Position numbers and translations under genes: made by a program. Under the pieces are notes generated by a model. It had not been told where the DNA came from. It saw only the letters and a program-made list of their open reading frames with translations, and searched no databases. 33,755 nt of DNA from Basidiobolus meristosporus CBS 931.73. Its lineage: Eukaryota; Fungi; Basidiobolomycota. This document shows, one piece after another, positions 9,629-20,523 of this stretch. The stretch is taken from NCBI GenBank assembly GCA_002104905.1, contig MCFE01000814.1:1-33755 (forward strand), given 5' to 3'. Position 1 is the stretch's first letter; each line of letters begins with the position of its first letter.

Positions 9629-12600
9629 ATGTCTACTACTGCTATTACTGGAACTTTTTCCTCTGCTGAAAAGTTGGATGGATCTAACTACTAAGTGTTG
9701 AAGGTGAAGATGAGGATTCTGCTACAAGAAAGAGGCCTTTGGGATTTTGTCATGGGAGAAGAATGCCCTCATTAAGACATGGGAGAGGAAGCCTTAAAGT
9801 ACTAGAAGAAAGAACAAAGTGCCTTCAACTGCATTTGCCTTAATGTTAAAGACAAATTGCTAATTCAATGCTCAAGAGCAAAAACAGCAAAGAATGCCTT
9901 CCAGGCATTAGAAGACACCTACCAGTCATGTTCAGCTGCTAAGAAAATGTATCTGAGACAAAAACTCTTTACTACAAAGATGCAGCCAAGAGAAGAAATG
10001 GAACATCCAATTAACAGAGTTACCCTGCTGGTAGATGAGATGGAATCTGTGGGCATACCAACTACTGATGAGGATATGATAGTAATCATCCTGAATAGCC
10101 TGACAGACAAGTTTTAGGGCCTTGTATCAGCCCTAGAGTCCAGAACTGAAGATTTGATCTTAAATTATGTATATGGAAGGCTCCTGGATGAAGAATTAAG
10201 GAAATCAAGTGCCAACAAGAAGGAAGAAGAAAATGCTTTAATAAGCAATGATAACCAACAAAGGAGGTACCTAAGACCTTACAAAGGTAACAGCAACCTG
10301 TTTTGCAACTACTGCAAATGTAAAGGACACACATCAGACTGGTGTCTCACAAAGAGATATAATCAGTAAAAGAAGCCTGCTTATGGAAATGCTGCAATAA
10401 CTGAAGATAGACTATTCATAACTGAACTGAAAATGACCACATAAATGGATTCTCAGACACAGTACATTGACCCTGGAGCATCTTAACACTTTACACACCA
10501 AAAAGAACTTTTTACTCAATATCAAGAAATTCCAATTAAGAAGGTTTTCATGGGTGACAATAGAACACTTGATGCAGTGGGAGAAGGAACTATCCAAGTA
10601 AACTTAGAAGCAGTGAAGGAAGCCATACACTGACCTTTAAAGAAGTACTCTATATACCAGAAATAGCCAAGAACCCTACTATCTCTAAGCAAGGCCACAG
10701 CAGAAGGACTCAGTTTCAGCTTTGACAATTCTGGATGCAAGATCACTGATCAAAATGGTGCCCATATTGCTTTGGGTATCAGAGATCAGAATATATATAA
10801 GTTGACTTATATTCCATCATATCTGAAAGCCAATATAAGTAACTTAAATGAAGAAGCACCAATGCTTTGGCACAGGAGATATGGGCACATCAATTTTGAT
10901 TATTTGCGCAAAATTTTCAAAGATCAGCTAATTTCCGGAGTAAAAATTGATCCCCCAGCTAATTTGAAGCACTGCAAAGCCTGTATATATGGGAAACAAG
11001 CCAGGCAATTGTTCAAGAGCTCTGGGTTAATCAAAACTAAGAAAAAATTCAGATCTGATTCACTCAGATATGTGTGGACCTATGCAAAATTTATCTGGCA
11101 GGATGAAGTATTTAATCACTTTTATTGATGATTATACAAGATACACATGGGTCTACTTTCATGGAGAGAAAGGAAGAAGCTCTGTCTAAGCTCAGGGAGT
11201 TTAAAGCCATGGTGGAGAGAGAAACTGGTGAAAAAATCAAGAAAATATGCTCTGATAATAGTGGAGAATATACCTCAAAACTCTTCATCCACTTCTGCAA
11301 AATTCATGGGATAAAGCAAGAGACTACTGTACCATACTTCACACAGCAAAATGGAGTAGCAGAACATGCAAACAGATCAATAATTGACATTGCAAGATCT
11401 ATGATTCATGATCAAAAAATTATCTGATGATTTTTGGGTAGAATTCAGTTGCCGCAGCTGTATACCTTAAAAATAGGAGTTATAACAGAATACTTTGTGC
11501 TTCTACTCCATTTGAAGCATGGCATGGATACAGACCAAGTGCAGAGCATCTAAGAATATTTGGGTGTACAGCTTATGCCAAGATACTGATTGGAAATCAG
11601 TCATATTTGAGCCAAAAAGTGTAAAATGCATATTTTTGGGCTACTGCAAGGAGAGTAAAGCATACAGACTCTACAAAACAAAAGAAAAGAAGCTAATCAT
11701 GTCCAGGGATGCATTGCTTGATGAATATTCAAAATTTTTGCAAAAAATGACATCAGATGATGACCAAAATCTGATCTCAACTCCACCACTTGTCAGAATT
11801 GAATCAGTGCCAAACAGTGAGATTTTTTTCACTCTAGAGAGCTCCACAACCATGGTTTGGCCTGGATCAGTGCCTAGGAATATCCTAGAAGAGATCATTC
11901 CAGTATCAAATGCCTGGAGATCCAACTGGACAAGTAAGAGCGCAAATTACTGTATTGATGAGGATACAAACTTAGCCTGTGCCTATTCAGTCCATATTCA
12001 TGAGCCCCAGACTGTAAAAGAGGCCCTAAATAGCCCTCAGACAAGGTTTAGGAGATCTGTAATGACTGAGGAATATCAGGCCCTGATGGAAAAGCAAACT
12101 TGGGTCTTGTTCAGATTGCCAATCAACCCAAAATCAATTGGATGCAGATGGGTCTTCAAGACAAAATACAAGGTTGATGGTACAGTTGAAAGATTCAAAA
12201 CAAGACTTGTGGCCAAAGGATACTCTCAGACAAAAGGACGTGACTATACTGAGATCTTTGCACTGGTAGCCAAGTTTTATTCCATCATATTAATATTGGC
12301 TATTGCAGCCAAATATAGTTTTTATACAACAAATGGATGTAAAAACTGCATTTTTGAATGGAGCACTTGATGAGGACATGTATATGGACCAGCTTGATGG
12401 GTTTCCTGACCAAGATAACCCCCATTTGGTCTGCAAGCTTAAAAAGTCTCCATATGGTCTCAAACAATCACAAAGAGCCTGGAATTGCACAATAGATTCT
12501 TATTTGTAATCTTGGAGTTGCAAAAGGAGTAATACTGACTATAGTATATACTATAAGCCAGATAGAGCAAATCCAGTTCTATTAGCTCTATATATGGATG

Positions 12601-13571
12601 ACCTAATTATAGCTGCCAATAACCTAGCAACATTAGAAGAGACTAAATCCAGCCTATCTAAGGAGTTCAAGATGTCTGATCTAGGAGAACTCAGTTACTA
12701 CTTAGGGATTGAGTTTTCCATAGACAGAAGCACCCAGACTATCACCCTAAGCCAGTCCAAGTATAATCAAGATATACTAAAGATGTACCATATGAAAGAC
12801 TGTAAACCAGCAGCTACCCTAATGGGGACAAACCTTAACTTGGTCAAAACTTAACCAAATCAAGAGAGCTTGGTGCCATCTGAAAGCCCTGACTTTCCTT
12901 ATCAATCTATGGTTGGCAGTCTGATGCATATCATGCTTGGAACACGTCCAGATATCTCATATTCAGTGGGAGTTGTCAGCCAGCATAATCAGAACTATGG
13001 ATCTGATCATATTGTAACTGTTAAGCAGATTTTTAGATACCTAAAAGGAGCTGCTGATATCTGCTTAAGATACACTTGTAAGGATTCAGAACAGGATCTT
13101 GTGGGATACTCTGATGCTGATTGGGGACAAAATTTGGAAGACAGAAGATCCACCACAGGATACACCTTTCTTTACTGTAAAGGAGCAATTTCATGGAACT
13201 CAAGAAAGCAACCAACTGTAGCACTTTCTTCCACAGAGGCAGAGTATATGGCATCCTGTGAAGCTACAAAATAAGCAATGTGGTTAAGAAAGCTTTTGAT
13301 AGATTTAGGCCTATGTTAAAAAATGCCTATTTCTTTATTTCCAGATAATCAAGGATGCATAGAATTAGGTAGATATCCAACTTTTCATGCTAGAACTAAG
13401 CACATAGATATCAGACATCATTTCATATGTGAAGCTATAGAGAATAACCTTGTTAATTTAGTTCACTGACTTACAGATTAAATGATTACAGGTATATTTA
13501 CCAAACCATTTGCTAGTGACAAGTTTGAATATCTTAGGTCAAAATTAGGACTGGTCAGCATGAATATTTAG
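9629..13571 (+). pseudogene. copia gag-pol pseudogene with many stops and frameshifts
   Basis: Gag LDGSNY*; zinc knuckle CNYCKCKGHTSDWC; protease IDPGAS*H; LWHRRYGH and CKACIYGK; integrase SDNSGEY and QNGVAEHANR; RT GCRWVFK, RLVAKGYSQ, QMDVKTAFLNG, YMDDLII; RNase H GYSDADWG and STEAEY. Confidence 0.95.
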
Positions 13572-13582
13572 TGGAGTGGGAA
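13570..13582 (+). other. Polypurine tract
   Basis: AGTGGAGTGGGAA immediately before the 3' LTR TGTTG. Confidence 0.8.
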
Positions 13583-13929
13583 TGTTGTAAAGATTTATAA
13601 TTCCACCTAAATATTCACTTGACTTAGTCACTGAGATCATTACCTTCAAATCCTAGAGAATACTGGCCAAATTCCTTGTTGGCATTTACTTGGAATATTT
13701 CACCAAAATATCAGACACCCAGAACATGAAAATTAGATAGGTTGTCTAAACAGCCCCAAACTTTACACACATGCTCTTGGGACCTTCCTAAGCCTATTCT
13801 ATGTGTTTACTTTGTCAAGACCATTTAAAATATAAGTGTTGCTTATACTTTCAAAAAATCATTAAGTGAAAACCACATAATCTACTTGTTCTCCAAATCA
13901 CTTCCAATATCTCCAGAACCCCTGCAACA
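13583..13929 (+). repeat. 3' LTR (347 bp)
   Basis: TGTTGTAAAG...CTGCAACA; about 85% identical to the 5' LTR by hand count. Confidence 0.9.
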
Positions 13930-14080
13930 ATTTTCATGTTCTGTGTACCTAATATTTTGCTGAAAATATTCCAAGTAAATTCCAGCAAGGAATTTGGTCA
14001 GTTTCTCTAAGATTTGTAGGTAATGATCTAAGTTACTAAGTTAGGTGAATATTTAGGTGGAATTAAAAAATTTTACAACA
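13930..14080 (-). mobile_element. Inverted 5' half of an LTR
   Basis: Reverse complement begins TGTTGTAAAA...CCACCTAAATATTCACCTAAC and ends at AGAACATGAAAAT, abutting the 3' LTR. Confidence 0.88.
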
Positions 14081-14139
14081 AAAACCACAATCTACTTGTT
14101 CTCCTAATCACTGTCAATATCTCCAAGACTCTTACAACA
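14081..14139 (+). mobile_element. LTR 3' tail fragment
   Basis: AAAACCACAATCTACTTGTTCT...CTCCAAGACTCTTACAACA matches the LTR end. Confidence 0.85.
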
Positions 14140-14149
14140 GTATGTCTCA

Positions 14150-14330
14150 GAAATTCTGTCCAAATTTCTTGTTTGGATATACTTTAAGTATTTCAATAAA
14201 GTCTCAGGTAACCTGGACATGGAGAATCTCAGAGCAGTCTAGTGATGTCAAAGCACTCCTCACATGCTCTTGGGACCTTTCAAGACTTACTCTACATGTT
14301 TGTTTTGTCAAGACTATGTAAACCCTTTGA
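14150..14330 (+). mobile_element. Heavily degenerate LTR fragment
   Basis: CCAAATTTCTTGTT and CACATGCTCTTGGGACCTT...GTCAAGAC match the LTR interior; boundaries approximate. Confidence 0.6.
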
Positions 14331-14468
14331 AAAGTTGCAAACTTGATATTCATCTGATAATCTGCTAGTATTCTACTGGTATTCTAACAGTATTTTGCTG
14401 GCATTCAGCTGGTGTTTTTTCTTTGAATCCTTAGTTACAATTTTTGGCAGAAGTAGTCACTGGATAAT

Positions 14469-14800
14469 TGTTGTAAAAATTTGTATTTCCACCTAAATAT
14501 TCACCTAACTTAGTCACTTGGATCATCACCTTCAAATCCTAGAGAATACTGACCAAATTCCTTGTCGGGATTTACTTAGAATATTTACCCAGAACATGAA
14601 AATTAGATAAGTTGTCCAAACAGCCCCAAACTTTGCACACATGTTCTTGGGACCTTCCTTAACCTATTCTACGTGTTTGTAATGCCAAGACCAGGTAAAA
14701 GTATAAATACCACTTTTACATTCAATAAATCATTAAGTGAAAAACACATAATCTACTTGTTCTCCAAATCACTTCCAATATCTCCAAGACTCTTACAACA
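14469..14800 (+). mobile_element. Solo LTR with 5-bp target-site duplication ATAAT
   Basis: TGTTGTAAAA...TTACAACA flanked by ATAAT at 14464-14468 and 14801-14805; carries a small internal deletion relative to the 5' LTR. Confidence 0.93.
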
Positions 14801-15149
14801 ATAATTACCAAGCTTAGTATGAGCACTGGTTGGCCTAGTCTCATACTGAAAAATATGTCTGCTTGTCTGCCAAATAGCTAGTACCTAAGATATTGAGAGT
14901 TTTCAGCTCTGAGCAACTTGGAATTCAGCTGGTATTATTATAGTGTTCTGCCAGCCTTATCTTGGTTTTTTCTCTAAGGGATAGTTTAGACAATTCATTA
15001 CATTCAACATATAATGAAGTAAAGTCTACCTACTCCATTTGCTTGCACAATGACTTCTAATATCTCCAAAACTCTTACAACTATATTTACTTGTTACTTT
15101 AATGGGCCCAGATTTGGCAGATATATTTCTAGGGAAGCTTTGGTCATTA

Positions 15150-15345
15150 TGAAACCTAAAGAGTGCATTTGCCAGTAGTTAGGCTATTGCAGTAAATCTA
15201 AGACCTGTACTTTGCATATTGTCAAAGTAAAGCAATTGATAAGCTGGGTTATCTTGCCTGAATAATATTTAAAGGTTTTATGAAAATGGCACCAGATAAT
15301 GCTAAAAATCTGATCTCAAGCCCACTGGCAGTCCAGATGGAATTG
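15150..15345 (+). pseudogene. Second, older copia pol relic (region downstream of integrase)
   Basis: Translates KPKECI..LGYCSKSK and NLISSPLAVQME, homologous to EPKSVKCIFLGYCKESK and NLISTPPLVRIE of the main element. Confidence 0.6.
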
Positions 15346-15504
15346 GAGCAAGATAATTAAATGAAGAAGCACCAATGTTGGACTTGGAAGATTCTATTGT
15401 AGCTTTTGTAAGTTGACCTAAGTACTCCACTAATTTGGTCACCGGAACTATAGCCCAAGAACCTTGGAGTGTCTGGCCCAAGTTCTTTGTTAGGATCAAT
15501 ATTT

Positions 15505-16036
15505 GATCCAATGCAAAACTACACACATGTGGTCCACACCACAGTTCTACATATGTAACTATGAATAAAAATTCAAAAAGCGTTGATAATTTAAGCCGCT
15601 TCCCATGCAACATTGGTAAGTATAAATAAAGTCGCCATGTCACCGGAGATCCTTACAATCCTCTCAGGCCTTTTGGCTAAGATCAAGTGTAGTATCTGTT
15701 CTTTTCAGCTTAATATCTGAAACACTGGACATAGTCCAGTTCGATATTAAACTTATTTTTGAACATCGGGTGATAAGTCCCTGCTTGCACACTTGTCTGC
15801 CCACAGGTGTCCCTAGTATTGCACTACCTCTAGGTGACGCCGAGCCCTTTTGGGGCTTCACTAGCACTATTCTTCTCTTCAAAACAATCAAAGAAACAAC
15901 AATCAGACAACCATATTAATCCCCTTGACAATGCTAATAGAAACGCCTGCTCTATATGGACTCATTATGGTCGTCGCACTTGTCCCTTGAGCATGGTTCG
16001 GTGATAGCAACCCTTCTTCTGCACCACCCACTCAAT
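15505..16036 (+). repeat. ~530-bp dispersed copy of the U2 locus (matches 3995-4526)
   Basis: Constant offset 11510; three substitutions seen, all upstream of U2. Confidence 0.95.
15658..15847 (+). ncRNA. U2: U2 spliceosomal snRNA (copy 3)
   Basis: Same sequence as copy 2, with TATA retained. Confidence 0.95.
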
Positions 16037-16229
16037 CCCTCAGCCCACTTGCTCGGGACAAAGTTCAACCTCATTGTATTACCTAACAACATGAAATGCT
16101 ACTTTATTTTGAGGCTTTTACATACAAGAATTCGAACTATAAAAGCATGAATTCAGACAGGATGGGTAAAATAGAGGGGAGATATGGAGAAGTATGGGGA
16201 AGTATGGATTCAATAAACTATTGATTAAA

Positions 16230-16264
16230 TTTAAACCTAAGTTTAAACCTAAATTTAAACCCTA
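16230..16264. repeat. 12-bp tandem repeat x3 (TTTAAACCTAAR)
   Basis: TTTAAACCTAAG TTTAAACCTAAA TTTAAACCCTA. Confidence 0.7.
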
Positions 16265-16367
16265 TAGAGCCTACATTCAAAAAGTGTGGATTCGTATGGA
16301 ATGGCTACATTGGAAGATTTGAAATTATGTACGAGGAAGGATTGTTTGGAAGAGACGATTATTTCGA

Positions 16368-19300
16368 CTAGTGCTCTTCCTGATTGGCGGTCTCTTCAGC
16401 ATTACGCTCCTCAGCGGGGCGAGGACTGGCATCCGCGGAAGAAGTGGCTACAAGCTTCTCTACCTCGGTGATGGCTAGATATACAAAAATGGAGAGTTGA
16501 CTCGAGATTAATCCTCAGTAATGTCACATAAAACTCGGATTGGCTTACTTGAAATTAAATGCTTGCCGTATGTGTACTTCTTGAGAGATTGCAAGTGAGG
16601 TTTGATCTTGGCGATAAGGATCTCCCTTTGATCACCATCAACCACGTCGAGCATCTTCTGTACCACATAATTGGCATATTGATCCTTCATCATAACAATC
16701 AACGCCGAGGTACCGTCGGGCTTGGTTTGGATGACTTCGTCGATAAGCGTCTGTCGGTCCCGTTTGCTGCCATGGGCGATACATTTCTCAACAACGTTAC
16801 TAGCAAACTTGTGCTTGCTCATCTGCAGCACTTGTCCGCGCACCTTGTTCACCACCAACGACCTGTCGGCCGGCTTGCCTCTCTCGAGTACATGCTGGAT
16901 GACATAGTTACCGTATTGGTCTTGAACAAGGTTTTGGGTGTAGCGGTGAAGCTCGTCAAGCAGAGGCTTGGTTTGATCATCAGTACAGTGCTCAAACATC
17001 CGCTGGATCACGCGGCAGCCGTAGGGGTGAGTGGCAAGATTGTAGACCTGTCCGTGGAATGCGTTGATGATAAACTGGATATGTTCAGCTGGCACACGTT
17101 CGATAGCCTTCTGGATCACATGATTCCCGTTTTGATCTTTCACGCATTTCAAAACGTTTCCGTCCAGCTCCTTGACCAAAACCGCCTGTTGCTCAGTCAA
17201 CACATGCTCAAGTGCCTTTTGAACTACACGGCATCCGTACATTTGCAGCGACAGCGACAGAACATGGGTCTCCATCTGCTTGGCGAGGATGGTCTTCTGG
17301 ACCTGGTTGCCGTGCTCAAAAAACTTCTGAATCACGTAGTTTCCGAAAACATCCGTCATGAGTTGGAGCGCATTGGGAAGGATTTCGTCGAAAACAAGCT
17401 GCTTCTCCTCACTGTTGGCCGTTTCAAGCTTCTGCTGAATGAAGCGAGAACCATGCTGATCTCCACTGAATTCCACCATGCTGCCCACAATATCTCGCAA
17501 TTCATACTTCTTGTTCTTGTTGTTGCGGAACTCCTCCAAGAGTGCGCTTCTCATTCCATGGTTGGGATCCGCCCCAAGGGTGGACATGTTCAAGTCAGGG
17601 GTCATCGAGCGCCTTCCTTGGCTAGCAGGGGCACCATAGGGGGCAATATTACCACCAAGATCGTGACCGTGGTGCTGGCGCAAAAGCTGCTCACGGAGAA
17701 GCATTTGCTGCTGGTTGAGCTGCTGTTGCTGCAAGAGCAACTGGTTACGAAGCTTCCTTTCGTTGAGAGAGTAGGACGAATGCGATCTGTGCAGCGTTGG
17801 GCCACCAAAGTTGGACGCGCCGCCGGTGGAGTTACCCAAGTAGGTGTTGCTGTTGATTCCGCTTCCACCAGTGCCATACAACTGGTTTCGCTTTAAGGCG
17901 CCAAGTTCGGCAGCGAGAACTTGCTCAGCGCGATTAAATGAGTATCCTTGTTGTTGGAGCTGTTGGATAGCCTGGCGATATTCCAACGGAGAAATACCCA
18001 AAGCATCTGCACGACTGTAGATGTCGTTTCCTACCAAACGCTCTTCTCGATCCCAGCCATAAGCATCTCCGCCATACCCAGAGTACATCGAGGCAGAAGT
18101 AGCGCCAAGCTCATTGACATAGGAGTTGTATCCTTGGGACTGCAACTTGGCCTGCTGCAAGAGACGGGCATGTTGAATGGCCTCATAGTCGCTATCGGTA
18201 AGGCTCATGCCTCGCATATCCATCAGCAAACTAGCCTCGTTGAGATCATTATTCGAACCTAACTTCTGGCCGCGTTGGAATTGTTGAGTAGGTGGGGTGG
18301 AATTGGCTCTTGGTGGCATAGGCCCTCTGGCCCCACGCATGGGTGGTGCGGCCGAATGCTCATCCAATCCATCCAATGCAACATTTACAACGGATCTAAG
18401 ACGAAGTCGATCGTAGTCATTATCCTGTAGATATCCAGCGCTTGAGTCACCTTCATCAACCCCACCACGACCACCATCGAATGAGCCTCCAGCTTGTCGT
18501 TGCTGAAGGGCAATCACCGGAGAGGGAGTACGAGGAAAATCCTAAATATCAGCAGAGAGTAAATACACAGTGGACGATTGGTGGTGTGGGTGTGGGTGTG
18601 GGTGTACGAATGAAAGAATATTTACATCTTGGATCAAATCGACCAAATTTCTACGGCGGGAAGCAGCATCTGCGTTGTTTCCACCGCCATAAATCTGCTG
18701 AATCTCATTCGATCCCCAAGGGTCATTTTTGGCTTCAGCCATTCTCAGGTTTCTACCTTGCTCAGGTTCAAGGCTCTATATTTCCAGATAACAACCATCA
18801 GGTTAGAGCTACACGCTTATTGAATGTGGCCAAGTAGAAATACTGACCTGGTCGAGGGGATGGGAGTTGGAGAAGTCCTCGCCTCCTATACCAAGAAATG
18901 TCAGCTCTCGCTAACTAAGATCCTTCAGTACCAACATTGTATGACTTACCAAAGCCCTTGAACCGCTCCAGCTCCTTCTCCTTTTGTGAAGGCCCATTCG
19001 AACTGTTTCCTAGGGTATCGAGACCAGCACCCGCCCACATCTGCCAAGATTGGTTGTTGGAGCCATAACCAGGTGGTAATCTAGCTTCGGCGCGAGGCTG
19101 ATTATAGTACTGGGAAGCTTGTTCAGATTCCAGACGAGTATTTCCAGCAGAATAGTCTCCATCTTGGTTTGGCTAAATCATCGGTTAGAATGCAGTCGAG
19201 GCAAGCCGCAACAGACGAAACACTTACGTTGAATCTTCCAAGTCGATCAAGCAGCTGAGTTGGAGGAGCACTGCTGGAACGATTTATGTCATTGGCTTGG

Positions 19301-19499
19301 CCAGTGAAAGGATCATACTCAAGGTCGAATTTCCCACGAAGCAAAGCAGCAAGCTGGGGGAAAGCTCATGAATAAGAGTCTTCGTCACTAAGTCGGCAAA
19401 TGTTGACCTTACCTGTCCTTGGGGTTGGTTTTTTGCCTTTGGTTGAAAGATGCCAGCCTTGCTAGAAGCTGGCATATCATCAGGATTGTAACGAGACAT
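16368..19499 (-). CDS. Pumilio/PUF RNA-binding protein (Pum/Puf3 class), spliced
   Basis: Eight PUF repeats in 16508..18517 with recognition triads S..Q, N..Q, C..Q, N..Q, C..Q, N..Q, S..E, N..Q, as in Pumilio. Upstream exons join in frame from ATG 19499 (RSSSAPP, DLIQD|DFPRTPSPV). A terminal intron 16548-16475 gives ...VEKLV...EEH* at 16368. Exon ends are hand-inferred. Confidence 0.93.
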
Positions 19500-20190
19500 C
19501 ACGCAGTTTTCCGTGTCTCAAATATCAAAATTAGGGGTTTTCGTCTACCCTCCAAAGTTTCCACAGAGAGTATGCTACCTTTCGGGTTATCAAAGTACCA
19601 GAAAGACCAGGTTTTTACGTTACCAAGTAGAGTCTACAAGTATGCAGGATCTATGGACAGAACTATTTGTACAGATTTACACCACTAAAGTACAAGGGTA
19701 CAAGAATGCACAAGAGGAACTAACGGTTTAGAGCAAAGATGAAGCGAGTGTAAGGCTAATGATGAGTGCAAAAACGCTTACTAGCCAACGTGGTGGGATA
19801 GAGGGTCTCAGCAAGTTCAATTAGAAATATTGGCCCCCCGAGGGAAGTTTACGGGGAAATTTTTGTTGCTTATGATTTCATGTTTCTTTTTTTAACTAGG
19901 GCATCAAGTTCGCTTAATTCTCAGCCTGTTTTCGGCTTATTTACTGATTAAATAATGGTTGTCTGATTAGATGCACCAGCTGAAAAAAATCTTCTGGTCA
20001 TTTGTTGTCTATTGTCCATGGCCAATCAGCAGCGAGACCGGATATTTAGCTAATGTGACAATTGATGGCCAATATGTTTCAATGAATGAAACTTTAATCA
20101 CACGCTTAATAGTTTCATGCTGTGTGAGCTATATATATTTATGTATTATCATCATTATCATCATCATCGAGCATCACTACTGTGGCAGAC

Positions 20191-20523
20191 ATGGCCCAAC
20201 TTACGATCTCCGTTTTCCTTATCCTTGCTATTCTTGAACACGTGCTCTGCGCGCGACCATATCCAAGGTACATGAATCCCTACTATGGTCCATGGAGACG
20301 TTACTCCTATGGTGAATACTGGCGGCCGCCTAGGATGTACAGAAATGCTGCAAAGCGACGTTCGGGTGGAGCGAATACACTCAGTCAAGTTAATGCTAGG
20401 TTGGCTGGTCTACTACAAGAGGGGGATAACATTATGTATATCCCACAAATGCCATCTCAAAACTATCGGAAATCACCAGCTAACGTTATGGTTACCCGAG
20501 GCAGATATTTCCAGGAATTTTAA
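20191..20523 (+). CDS. Small secreted protein candidate, 110 aa
   Basis: Hydrophobic N-terminus MAQLTISVFLILAILEHVLCA, then an R/Y/P/W-rich segment ending KRR; single exon. Confidence 0.55.
   Translation: MAQLTISVFLILAILEHVLCARPYPRYMNPYYGPWRRYSYGEYWRPPRMYRNAAKRRSGGANTLSQVNARLAGLLQEGDNIMYIPQMPSQNYRKSPANVMVTRGRYFQEF

Larger units (their letters stand above)
9248..13929 (+). mobile_element. Decayed Ty1/copia LTR retrotransposon
   Basis: LTRs at 9248-9597 and 13583-13929, PBS after the 5' LTR, purine tract before the 3' LTR; gag-PR-IN-RT-RH order. Confidence 0.95.

Noticed and set aside
9629-13571. Classical RIP (CpA to TpA) suggested by several TAA/TAG stops
   Set aside because: CpA and TpG remain plentiful; only CpG is clearly depleted.
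8995-15081. CRISPR-like or satellite array
   Set aside because: The repeats are ~350-bp LTRs and fragments, not short repeats with unique spacers.
16559-17896. 445-aa ORF antisense to Pumilio (similar shadows over the CHS, aminopeptidase and LTV1 genes)
   Set aside because: Expected shadow of codon bias in GC-rich coding DNA; no motif, TTG start.
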